IMG/VR virus record: IMGVR_UViG_3300049982_000154
Coordinates: 1-42,840 of that record
Source: a virus
Taxonomy: Duplodnaviria > Caudoviricetes
Direction: 5' to 3' (one strand)
Length of the DNA stretch: 42,840 nt
Part shown: positions 34,580 to 42,624 of the stretch, piece by piece
Numbering within the stretch: the first letter of the stretch is position 1
Layout of the letters: every line of letters starts with the position of its first letter
Program-made: the position numbers and the translations under genes
The notes under the pieces: model-generated
Databases searched by the model: none
The model's input: the letters and a program-made list of their open reading frames with translations, nothing else
Told to the model about the DNA's origin: nothing

Positions 34580-36084
34580 TAGCCTACCACGACCTTCCGG
34601 CGGCCGAGCGTGCCCATGACCCGCTTGAGGGCGTAAACGAAGGTGTCAACGATGTCGTCATGGGCGCCATTCGGGAAGGCCAGCAGCTGATGGAAGAGGG
34701 CTTCCATCCACTCGCGGGCTTCGGGGAAGTGTTCGAGGTCGGGGAGACGGATCCGGAGGGCTTCGCACAGGGGCGTGACGCCCTTGGCCCGCTCCTCTTT
34801 GCTCTCGCTGCCGGTCTGGATCGGGATGAGGGCGAGTTGCGGGTGGGAGCGGCGCACGTACTGCATTAGCGTCGTGCCGCTCACCTTGTCTTCCACGTAG
34901 TCGCCTTTGTAGACGGCGCCGTAACGCTCGCGCAGCTCAGCGGCCTGCGCCACCAGGAGCTTCGTCAGGTCCGGCGTCTCCCACCGGCCGTGCAAGATCT
35001 TGAGGATGTAGATGTAACCGTCTTCGCCCAGGCCGGCCACGCAGCAGGCCGACTCGTCGTTCTTCTGGGCGGCCTTGAGAGCGGTGTCCCAGATGGCCCA
35101 GACCTCTTTGAACGCAGGCAGTTGGGCATAGCGGGCCACGAACCAGAGCGTCTTGAAGACGTCTCCGTCCGCCGGCGCCGGGCGCTGCTGGTGCTGTCCC
35201 GCGAAGTCGGAGTCGCCCAGGTCGAGCTGGATCTCCTCGACGACTTCGGGCGGGAAGAGCTTCGGGAAGAGCAGCTCGCCGCGCTCTTTCCGCGGATCGC
35301 TCCAGCCGATGCCGGTTACCCGGGGAATGCCGTTCTGCTTCGGGCCGGCGTCCAGGCGCTCGGGCTCGTACAGGGTGGGCAGGCAAAGGTGGACGTAGGC
35401 GTTCTTGGGGCTGCGGGCGGACTTCGCGAGCACGTGGCCGCTGAGGTCCATCTCGTGGAGGCGCTGCATGATGATCACGCGCGCCCCGGTCCGCTGGTCA
35501 TTGAGCCGGGAGCTCATGACCTTGTCCCACCAGAAGATACACTCCGCCCGGGCTAACTCACTGTGCTGTTCCTTCGCGTTGAGCGGGTCGTCGACAATCG
35601 TGCAGTCGCCGCGGAAGCCGGTCGCCCGGCCGCCCACGGAGAGCGAGAAGCGGAAGCCTCTCCGATCGTTCTCGAAGTTGGACTTAACGTTCTGATCGCC
35701 CTTGAGCGACCAATCGGGCTTGAAGCTGTCCTGATACCACTCCGAGGTGATCAGGTCGCGGCACCGGACGCTGTCCCGCACCGCGAGATCGGCCGCGTAG
35801 GACGCACTGAGGCAGCGCCACTCCGGGCGGTGGACCCACATCCAGGCCGGCCAGAAGACGCTGACGATCAGCGACTTCATATGGCCCGGGGGGATGTTGA
35901 TCAGTAGCCGCTTGATGCGGCCGTCACTCACGGCCTCCAGGTGCTCGCAGATCGCGTCGAGGTGCCAGCCCCACAGGAGCGGCGTGCCGGGCTCCAGGAT
36001 GTCCCAGCCGTCTCGGATGAACTCCGCGAGACTACGCCGCGCTAGCTCCGCCCGCACTTCCCGCAGCGTCGGGAGACGCTGCAC
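34579..36084 (-). CDS. terL: Terminase large subunit
   Basis: Walker A INIPPGHMKS, Walker B IVDDP, IIMQRLHE.DL.G, nuclease motifs WDTA and HDDIVD. Start uncertain (GTG 36084 or TTG 36132). Confidence 0.95.
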   Translation of the reverse strand: MQRLPTLREVRAELARRSLAEFIRDGWDILEPGTPLLWGWHLDAICEHLEAVSDGRIKRLLINIPPGHMKSLIVSVFWPAWMWVHRPEWRCLSASYAADLAVRDSVRCRDLITSEWYQDSFKPDWSLKGDQNVKSNFENDRRGFRFSLSVGGRATGFRGDCTIVDDPLNAKEQHSELARAECIFWWDKVMSSRLNDQRTGARVIIMQRLHEMDLSGHVLAKSARSPKNAYVHLCLPTLYEPERLDAGPKQNGIPRVTGIGWSDPRKERGELLFPKLFPPEVVEEIQLDLGDSDFAGQHQQRPAPADGDVFKTLWFVARYAQLPAFKEVWAIWDTALKAAQKNDESACCVAGLGEDGYIYILKILHGRWETPDLTKLLVAQAAELRERYGAVYKGDYVEDKVSGTTLMQYVRRSHPQLALIPIQTGSESKEERAKGVTPLCEALRIRLPDLEHFPEAREWMEALFHQLLAFPNGAHDDIVDTFVYALKRVMGTLGRRKVVVG

Positions 36085-36628
36085 TATCGCCACCGGCGGG
36101 GGCGGGGGCGGTTTTGGAGAGGATAGAAGCAAGAGACTGCAGCTCTTCGATGCTGAGCGCGGAGAAGTCCGGCGGCGCCTGCTGGCCCTGGACGGGTCCG
36201 CCGTTCGCGCCGGTCAACTCTCGGCGGTTGGTATACAGCCCACCGGTCTCTTTCGAGAGTTGCTCCAGGAGCGAGGCGGCCACTACGGGGGACTTCTCCC
36301 GGTTGGCCAGGTAAAGGCGGTAAAGCTCCTGCACCCGGAATGCCTGATGGGCGGCCGGGCAGGCGGTCACGTCGGCGAGATAGTCTTTCCGCTCCTGCTC
36401 GAACAGCTCGCGCAGCTCCGGGCGGAGCTGCTGGCCGGCGGCGGTGCCGGGATCGTAGTAGGTGAGCGCCTGGGGCGTCACCTGCACGCCCCAGGCCTCC
36501 GTGATCTCCTTGAGGACCTGCTTCGGCGGCACGAAGCACGCCAGCCGCGTCACCGCCCAAAGTTGCGCCTCGACGGGGAGGCGATTGCGCTCGGGGGCGG
36601 TCTCGGGAGCTGGTTCCGGGGTAGTCAT
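36032..36628 (-). CDS. terS: Terminase small subunit (DUF2280-like)
   Basis: V.RLACF.PP..V...YDP...L..LF...R...LLEQ..KE.GG.YTNRRELTG.NGGP; directly upstream of terL. Confidence 0.85.
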   Translation of the reverse strand: MTTPEPAPETAPERNRLPVEAQLWAVTRLACFVPPKQVLKEITEAWGVQVTPQALTYYDPGTAAGQQLRPELRELFEQERKDYLADVTACPAAHQAFRVQELYRLYLANREKSPVVAASLLEQLSKETGGLYTNRRELTGANGGPVQGQQAPPDFSALSIEELQSLASILSKTAPAPAGGDSAASPDAAGSAGGASAA

Positions 36629-36657
36629 GTCCGTCAATGGAAATCAAGAGAAAGGGG

Positions 36658-36765
36658 CTATTTCAGCCGATGAAAGATCAGCACCAGGCACGCCACGATA
36701 CCGATGATTGCGAGCAACGTACCGCTGATGGCCATCCCCCAAAGTGCCCACTCAAGATGATGCAT
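36658..36765 (-). CDS. 35-aa single-TM peptide
   Basis: ATG 2 bp after the upstream stop; MHHLEWALWGMAISGTLLAIIGIVACLVLIFHRLK. Confidence 0.55.
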   Translation of the reverse strand: MHHLEWALWGMAISGTLLAIIGIVACLVLIFHRLK

Positions 36766-36767
36766 CG

Positions 36768-37523
36768 TTAAGCCCGGAGACAGTTGCCGCAGGCGATGGA
36801 GATCTGCGCCGGCGCAATGAGCGGCGTCTGGAGCGCGGCGGCCACCAGGCGTTCCACGCCGGCGCTCACGATGCCGTAGCGGGCCACCACGCCGATGTGC
36901 TCCTCTACGTCGTGGCCCCGAAGGGCGAACTGCGCGTTGCCGTCGCGGTCGTATTTGACGCTGCCGTGCCGGTCCAGCTTGAGGCCGCAGTGGTACAGCT
37001 CGTGATCGCAGAGGGCGCAGAAGTTGAGGTCTTCGTCCTGTGCGGCTGTCACGGCGTCCAGGGTGATCAGGAACTCGGGGATGCGCCCGAACCACTGCAT
37101 GAGCTGATCGCGTTCGCGCGCCTTCGCCCACCGGGTGCCCTTCACGTTCGGGATCTCGGCGGTGCCTGCTATTTGGCGGCCGTGGCGAATGTTTTCCGCC
37201 GTGGTCCAGAGGACGGCCACGTCGGCGGCCACCAGGTGCTCGTGATCGTAGTTGATCAGCGGCGCGCCCTCTTCGAGGTAGACGGACTGGATCCACTCCC
37301 ACACGTCCGGAGCGGGGCGGAACAGTTCGGCCTGGCGGCCGGCTTCCACCAACTCTTCCGGCGGGAGCGGTCGGCTGATGGAACGATCCATCACTTCAAA
37401 CTTCATCCGGATCTCCGGGGGAGATGGGGGCGAGGGGGCCGCCGCTTGCGCGGGCTTGGCGGTGAACAACGCGGGGAGTAAGGCGCCGAGAGCGCCCAGC
37501 ACAGCGAACGATCGGATACGCAT
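36768..37523 (-). CDS. Putative phage metallopeptidase (HExxH) with a signal-peptide-like N-terminus
   Basis: FCALCDHELYHC...HDVEE; AGGAGG RBS. Confidence 0.85.
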   Translation of the reverse strand: MRIRSFAVLGALGALLPALFTAKPAQAAAPSPPSPPEIRMKFEVMDRSISRPLPPEELVEAGRQAELFRPAPDVWEWIQSVYLEEGAPLINYDHEHLVAADVAVLWTTAENIRHGRQIAGTAEIPNVKGTRWAKARERDQLMQWFGRIPEFLITLDAVTAAQDEDLNFCALCDHELYHCGLKLDRHGSVKYDRDGNAQFALRGHDVEEHIGVVARYGIVSAGVERLVAAALQTPLIAPAQISIACGNCLRA

Positions 37524-37532
37524 GGGGACCTC

Positions 37533-37799
37533 CTATAAGTCCAGGAACACGAGGGTGGTGCCGCCGGTGTTGTGCAGGAGTTCCACGCGCTCAATGGTGT
37601 GGTGCGTCTCCTGCAGGTCCGGGGCGAAGCCCCACTCCATCACGGTGCGGCCGGAGGGCAACTCCACGCCGCTGGCCAGGACCTGGCCGGCGCGGTGCAC
37701 TTCGAAGCGGCGGAAGCGGCGCGGCCGCTCCCTTTCTGCCGCGTAGCGGTCCACCAGGTCCTCCACTTCGCGTACGAGCTGTGCGAGGCCGTCAGCCAT
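37533..37799 (-). CDS. Hypothetical phage protein (88 aa)
   Basis: Coupled to the endolysin gene; A.GVE..SG...W...H..GG.T pattern. Confidence 0.75.
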   Translation of the reverse strand: MADGLAQLVREVEDLVDRYAAERERPRRFRRFEVHRAGQVLASGVELPSGRTVMEWGFAPDLQETHHTIERVELLHNTGGTTLVFLDL

Positions 37800-38394
37800 T
37801 CGCTACCACCAGGTCGCGCGCATCGATGAGGAAGTAGTGGAAGCGCGACTGCCCCGACTGCTCGCACAGAGCGAGGAACATCTGCCAGGTGCGGTTATTC
37901 CAATCACCCTGGAGGATCTGGCAGCCGGCGGAGTGCGCGCCCACGCTGGCGACGTTGCCGCCGGCGTGGATATTGATGCCGAAGTAACCGCTCTCCACTT
38001 GCTCGTGCGGGTCCTGCACGTGGTCGCCGTCGCGATCCCGCCACACGGACACCGGAGCGGACTGCACCAGGGCGCGGTGGCCCCGATGCGTGCCGAACTG
38101 GTACTCCCACTGGCCGTTGCGGAGGTGGGCGCAGCCGTCCTGATCCAGGGGCTTACTGGTGTAGAACTGGCCGGGATCCACGGACGCTGAGAAGAGGCAG
38201 AGCCGGGTGCCGAAGGTGAGGATCGTATCGTTGTAACGATCCGGTGTGTTGGTGCCCGTCAGGATCGTCGCCGCGCCCACCGGGGCCGCGCCGCGGAGCC
38301 CGAGCAGGTGGAGCTTCCCAGGTTCCGCCGCGTAGCCGAGGCGCTCCAGGCACGCGCGGATCAGCCCGTTCGTGAGTTGGATCTGCTGCCCCAT
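37792..38394 (-). CDS. Putative endolysin, L,D-transpeptidase (YkuD)-like Cys-His enzyme
   Basis: GINIHAGG...SAGCQ matches the YkuD Hx(n)SxGC catalytic motif; lies in the lysis position upstream of terminase. Confidence 0.7.
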   Translation of the reverse strand: MGQQIQLTNGLIRACLERLGYAAEPGKLHLLGLRGAAPVGAATILTGTNTPDRYNDTILTFGTRLCLFSASVDPGQFYTSKPLDQDGCAHLRNGQWEYQFGTHRGHRALVQSAPVSVWRDRDGDHVQDPHEQVESGYFGINIHAGGNVASVGAHSAGCQILQGDWNNRTWQMFLALCEQSGQSRFHYFLIDARDLVVANG

Positions 38395-38852
38395 TAGCTG
38401 GCATCACCGGCCGGAGCCAGGCGGCCCAACTCGGCGAACGCCACGACGAAGCGCTGTTCAGCTTCCTCGCGGAGCTTCCGGGCCGCGCTCTCACCGGCCG
38501 TGCCGCGGGCTGCTTCCAGGTCGCTCTGAGCGGCACAGAGCCGGGAGTGCGTATCCGCGGCGGCCGTGGCGACGAGGGAGAAGTTCGCGGAAATCGCGCC
38601 CGCCAGGCGCTGCCGCTGCTCGACCGTGGGGGCACCTTCGGTGATCACCGTCTCGGTGTGCTTGGCGATCTCGCGCGCGCACTTCCGCAGGCCGGCCGCC
38701 GCCAGGATGTCCATCACGCCGGTGCTGAGCAAGCGCTGCGAAAGCTTCTTCACTTCGTCGGCGACGCCGCCGGCGAGGTCCTGCGCGATCTCTCCCACCG
38801 ACCACCGGGACATGCCGGCGTGCACCAATTCGATCACAGTCTGCGGAATCAT
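38394..38852 (-). CDS. Hypothetical helical protein in the lysis region (152 aa)
   Basis: GAGGAG RBS; TAATG coupling to the endolysin gene. Confidence 0.75.
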   Translation of the reverse strand: MIPQTVIELVHAGMSRWSVGEIAQDLAGGVADEVKKLSQRLLSTGVMDILAAAGLRKCAREIAKHTETVITEGAPTVEQRQRLAGAISANFSLVATAAADTHSRLCAAQSDLEAARGTAGESAARKLREEAEQRFVVAFAELGRLAPAGDAS

Positions 38853-38863
38853 CAGGCGTCTCC

Positions 38864-39145
38864 TCAGCGACCCAGCCACTGCTGGACGGTGCGTAACATG
38901 TCGTGAACCCAGGGCTTGTCTCCGAGCAGGGCGAGGGTGATCCCCGCGACCACGGGCACCGGAGCGAACACGATCACCCGGAGCTTGCGCCCCGTGGTGT
39001 CGATCGAGAACAGCTTGCCGTTGGCGGGCGGGACCAGGGACAGGTCCACAGCCATCCGCAGCCACCGCGGCGGCTGCGCGCCGGCGGCGACGGCGCGCCG
39101 ACGGGCCCGGGGGCGGGGAGTTGTCTGAGTGGGTGCCTGTTCCAT
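38864..39145 (-). CDS. Small membrane protein, possible holin
   Basis: GGAG RBS; one hydrophobic segment VIVFAPVPVVAGITLALLG; first gene of the late block. Confidence 0.55.
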   Translation of the reverse strand: MEQAPTQTTPRPRARRRAVAAGAQPPRWLRMAVDLSLVPPANGKLFSIDTTGRKLRVIVFAPVPVVAGITLALLGDKPWVHDMLRTVQQWLGR

Positions 39146-39161
39146 CGCGCTCCGACCATTG

Positions 39162-39191
39162 AAAAACCCCGCTGGCGTCGGCCAACGGGGT
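39162..39191 (-). terminator. Intrinsic terminator just upstream of the lysis/late genes
   Basis: Minus strand ACCCCGTTGGC-CGAC-GCCAGCGGGG-TTTTT. Confidence 0.75.
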
Positions 39192-39249
39192 CCAGGGCGA
39201 GAGGCGGGGTGACCCACCTATCGCATAGATAAAGTTTGCGAGTCGGTCT

Positions 39250-39849
39250 CTAGGCGGGTGACTGCGACCGCCGACGTGCCAGCTTCGCGGCCTTCTTGCG
39301 GCTGCGACTCCGGCTGTCTACTACTGCTTCCCGATGTCTCCGCCACTCGGCAGCCACCGCGGCGCCGCACTGCGAGGTGTTCGGACGGGTCCGAAGTCGC
39401 AAGAAGGGCACCTGCTGGCCGGTGATCCGGGCGGCGAGTTCTACCAGGGTCTGCGTGGATCCCCACGGCTGGCCGACGAGATCCTCCGGGCACATCCCGA
39501 AGGCTTTGGCCTTTGCTCCCACTTGCCGGCCGCGGTCATCGAACACGGGCGTCGGTGGGGCCCCACCTTTGCGGCGGGACATGAGCCGAAGGATCTCGCT
39601 GGCGTCTTTTTCCGTGAGGCCACGGCGGGGCTGATAGGTATCCTCGAGCTTGGTGAGCGCGGCCTGCAGGGTCTGGGCGGCCCGCACTGGCGAGAGGGAC
39701 AAACGCGCGGCGATCTCGTCATTCGAGTGCCCGTGGGCGACTCCGAGTACCACCTGCGTTTGCCGCTCACTACAGCCGGCCGCCCGACACCTCTGCGCTA
39801 GGGTCGCATACCGGTGGGCCTCAAGTTGCTCGGGCGATACAAACAGCAT
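39250..39849 (-). CDS. LuxR/sigma-4-type HTH regulator (candidate late regulator)
   Basis: SERQTQVVLGVAHGHSNDEIAARLSLS; start uncertain. Confidence 0.75.
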   Translation of the reverse strand: MLFVSPEQLEAHRYATLAQRCRAAGCSERQTQVVLGVAHGHSNDEIAARLSLSPVRAAQTLQAALTKLEDTYQPRRGLTEKDASEILRLMSRRKGGAPPTPVFDDRGRQVGAKAKAFGMCPEDLVGQPWGSTQTLVELAARITGQQVPFLRLRTRPNTSQCGAAVAAEWRRHREAVVDSRSRSRKKAAKLARRRSQSPA

Positions 39850-39894
39850 TCCAACTATAAAGGCACCGAGCAACCGCCTTCTGCCGAACGATTT

Positions 39895-40848
39895 TCACGC
39901 CCCCAGCAGCGCCGCCAGGCTCTCGCTCACGTCGCCCTGGTGATCGTGGCGGTTGTCGTCGTAAATGGTCAGGGTGCGGATGTCGCTATGCCGAGAGAGC
40001 TTCTGGACGCGGCGCACGTCGCCGTTGGTGGCATCCAGGGCTGCCGTGATCGCCGAGTGGCGGAGGCGGTGCGGGGAGAGCTGCGGCACGCCGAGCTGCT
40101 TCCCGTACCCCTGGACCAGCTCATACAGGCCATTGGGCGTCAGGCGCCCGGCGTGGTGTTCCGGCCGGTGGTCCAGGTTCCGGAAGAGCGCGCCGTCCCG
40201 ATGCCCGGCTTTCGAGAGGTACGCACTGAGCGCGCCGGCGAGGGGCCGGCTCGCCGTGATTGGTGCCTTTTGGGTGCCCTTGCCCTTACCCAGCACCATC
40301 AACCTACGTTCACCTTCCCGCCAGTCCGCCACGTCCAGCGCGCACACTTCGGCCCGGCGCAGCGCGTTCTCGCAGAGCAGGCGCAGGAGGGCCGTATCAC
40401 GCAGGCCGGCCAGGTTCTTCTTGCCGGGGAGCTGGATCAAGCGGCGCATCGTGGCCAGGTCGACTCCGCGCGTGTCGCGGTACGTCTGGGCCTTCTCGCT
40501 CTCCACCAGGTTGCGGCCATCGGTCTGCGCGTAACCCAGCCGGTGGCAGAACTTCAGGAGGGAGCGGACCGCTGAGAGGCGACGGTTCACGGTGGCCTCC
40601 GCGGCGCCGCGCTGCATCAGGCCGGCCTTGTAGGTCGTAAGACGGAGCGCGATCTCCGGAGCCGGCAGCGACACGAAGGCCCGCACCACCCCGGGACCGG
40701 GAGCGGCGCCGAAGAAATCTTTCAGGTCGCCGGCGTACGCTCGCTTCGTGGCGGGGCTCCGCTTGTCGGCCAGGAGCATCGCCACGGGATCGAGGGCGGG
40801 AGCGGGGGCGGCCGCGGCCGCCGCTGGGAGCAGGTCGGCACGGCTCAT
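39895..40848 (-). CDS. Second tyrosine recombinase (XerC/resolvase-like)
   Basis: SPATKRAY..DL, ATVNRRLSAVRSL, ALRRAE (R), GKG (K), HRLRH, SRHS, IYDD (Y); 317 aa with no arm-binding domain. Confidence 0.93.
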   Translation of the reverse strand: MSRADLLPAAAAAAPAPALDPVAMLLADKRSPATKRAYAGDLKDFFGAAPGPGVVRAFVSLPAPEIALRLTTYKAGLMQRGAAEATVNRRLSAVRSLLKFCHRLGYAQTDGRNLVESEKAQTYRDTRGVDLATMRRLIQLPGKKNLAGLRDTALLRLLCENALRRAEVCALDVADWREGERRLMVLGKGKGTQKAPITASRPLAGALSAYLSKAGHRDGALFRNLDHRPEHHAGRLTPNGLYELVQGYGKQLGVPQLSPHRLRHSAITAALDATNGDVRRVQKLSRHSDIRTLTIYDDNRHDHQGDVSESLAALLGA

Positions 40849-40868
40849 GGGGTGATAATAATCGGCCC

Positions 40869-40908
40869 CGGCTTGGTGGTGATAATGCGCCTTTACACCA
40901 CCAAACCG
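40869..40908. promoter_or_regulatory. dif-like inverted repeat, candidate recombination site of the adjacent recombinase
   Basis: CGGCTTGGTGGTGATAA-TGCGCC-TTTACACCACCAAACCG: 17-bp imperfect arms and a 6-bp asymmetric spacer, 20 bp upstream of the recombinase start. Confidence 0.65.
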
Positions 40909-40917
40909 CGGCTGGAA

Positions 40918-41319
40918 TTAGGCGGCCAGGCCGTGCTCGGAAGCGGCTTCCTGCAGTTTACGGCGGGCCGATTTTCGCGCCGTGAGCACCGAGTCCTGGT
41001 GACGACCGAGGAGTTCGCCGATCTCCTCATCCGTCATGCCGAACTGGAGGGAGAGCAAGAACGTGGCGCGCTCGGCCATCGTAAGGTTGGCGGCGCGAAG
41101 CAAATGGCGGACGCTCTCCACCCGTTCGACTTGTTCAGCCGGACTGGCATGGAGCGCTCGCACCATCTCGCTGAGCGCGATCTCGCGGTACTGGCTCCCG
41201 CTCCGGCCGCGGCCTTCCGCGCGGCGGCGCGCTACCCCTTCCAGGTAGAAGGGGTACTCCGGATCCTGGGGCTCATCGGCCAAAAGTGCATCAGCCTGGC
41301 GGGTGAGGTCGTTATCCAT
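40918..41319 (-). CDS. Sigma70 region-4-like HTH protein
   Basis: LTMAERATFLLSLQFGMTDEEIGELLGRHQDSVLTARKSARRKL; GGAG RBS. Confidence 0.8.
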   Translation of the reverse strand: MDNDLTRQADALLADEPQDPEYPFYLEGVARRRAEGRGRSGSQYREIALSEMVRALHASPAEQVERVESVRHLLRAANLTMAERATFLLSLQFGMTDEEIGELLGRHQDSVLTARKSARRKLQEAASEHGLAA

Positions 41320-41443
41320 CGTAGCTCCAAGAGCCCAAACGACTGTTCTCACCTCAACGATACCGGGCTGGCGAGCAGTGGTCAAATGGGTTGCTTCACC
41401 TACTAGTCACCCTCTACCTTATTTTTGCCGAATGACTTTCCCC

Positions 41444-41635
41444 CTAGGCCTCGCCGATCTCCTCAGTAACCAAACGCCACGCCTTGCGCACGTTGGCGGG
41501 GCTGTAGATCCCAAGGAGCCCTCTGAGGCGGGCCAGGGTCAGGCGGTAGCGGATGAGTTCGCCGGCCAGTTGGCGGGTGGTCGCGTCGGGCGAGGTGGCC
41601 AGCACCTCCAGATCGGGAGCGGAGAGGGTGGGCAT
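41444..41635 (-). CDS. Hypothetical protein (63 aa)
   Basis: MPTLSAPDLEVL...; fills the gap in the leftward operon; no clear SD sequence. Confidence 0.55.
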   Translation of the reverse strand: MPTLSAPDLEVLATSPDATTRQLAGELIRYRLTLARLRGLLGIYSPANVRKAWRLVTEEIGEA

Positions 41636-41687
41636 GAGGTGATTATGGAAGGGGCCGTCGCCGACCTTATGGCCGGCGACGACGGAA

Positions 41688-42011
41688 TTAAAGCGCACCA
41701 GCTGCGGTCGCGGCGGCACGAGCAGAAGTGAGGGCCTCGTAGTCGGTCCAGCCGCCACCCGCGAACTCACGGCCGTCCGCGGTGCGCAGGGTGGCGTTCC
41801 AAAGACCGTAGCCGGTACCGGACACCTCTGCGGCACAACCGGCCGGCACCGCATGCACCGTGGGGACCGCGCGCGCCTGCAGCCGGCAATGCCAGCACAG
41901 CGCCCGCCCGGAGAGGGCGCGGCGGGAGACGACGGCCTCGCTGGCCAGGAGGCGATTAGGGCAGCAGTCGCACGGGACAATGGCAGGGGGAACGTTATTC
42001 GAACGTGGCAT
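41688..42011 (-). CDS. Small zinc-finger protein (107 aa)
   Basis: AGGAG RBS; CDCC...LCWHC. Confidence 0.7.
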   Translation of the reverse strand: MPRSNNVPPAIVPCDCCPNRLLASEAVVSRRALSGRALCWHCRLQARAVPTVHAVPAGCAAEVSGTGYGLWNATLRTADGREFAGGGWTDYEALTSARAAATAAGAL

Positions 42012-42073
42012 GGGATTGATCTCCTGAAGAAGGGGCGGCCCGGTTTTCCAGGCCGCCGATGTCGTCTCGGCGA

Positions 42074-42466
42074 TCAATCCCACAGCGCCCGCAGGGCCTC
42101 GTCTTGCGCCCGGCGCTCCCGCGCGATGCGGTCCAGCTCCGCGTCCGTCTCCGCCTGCAGTTCGGCGGTGAGCTGGGCCGCGTATTCCGGGGTGAGCTCC
42201 TCATCATCCCGGAACGGCGCGGGAGCGTCCGCCGCCACGTGGAGCCGCACCAACTCGATGTGCTTGCACGTGCCGGGAGTGTGGCGGGTAACGAAGGCAC
42301 GGCAGTTGCAGCGCGGGCCGTCCAGGTCCACACGGTAGTGAGTGCCGTCGCGCTTGATCACGTCCCAGTCGTTGCGCTCCGGGGTGGCGGGAGCGACGAT
42401 GTACTGATCCGCCTGCTCGTAAGCGCGGATGGCGGGAGAGGTGCGGCGGGTCTTCTGTGCTACCAT
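42074..42466 (-). CDS. SWIM zinc-finger protein
   Basis: YRVDL...CNCRAF...CKHI; GAGGAG RBS. Confidence 0.85.
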   Translation of the reverse strand: MVAQKTRRTSPAIRAYEQADQYIVAPATPERNDWDVIKRDGTHYRVDLDGPRCNCRAFVTRHTPGTCKHIELVRLHVAADAPAPFRDDEELTPEYAAQLTAELQAETDAELDRIARERRAQDEALRALWD

Positions 42467-42546
42467 TGCGGTGATCTCCTCGGAGGTCGGGTGAAGGGGC
42501 GCTCTCGTTTACTAGGCCAGGGCGCCCCTTCTCTGTTGCTATATTC

Positions 42547-42575
42547 AATATATATCGTTAATGGGCAGATGTCAA
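42547..42575 (-). promoter_or_regulatory. Near-consensus sigma70 leftward promoter
   Basis: Minus strand TTGACA-17 bp-TATATT. Confidence 0.85.
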
Positions 42576-42588
42576 CCCTATTTCGCTA

Positions 42589-42617
42589 TTGCGCGTTAAT
42601 AGGAACGGCGATATACT
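42589..42617 (+). promoter_or_regulatory. Rightward promoter, probably producing a leaderless mRNA
   Basis: TTGCGC-17 bp-TATACT, with the ATG 7 nt downstream at 42625 and no SD sequence. Confidence 0.7.
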
Positions 42618-42624
42618 CCCCGGT

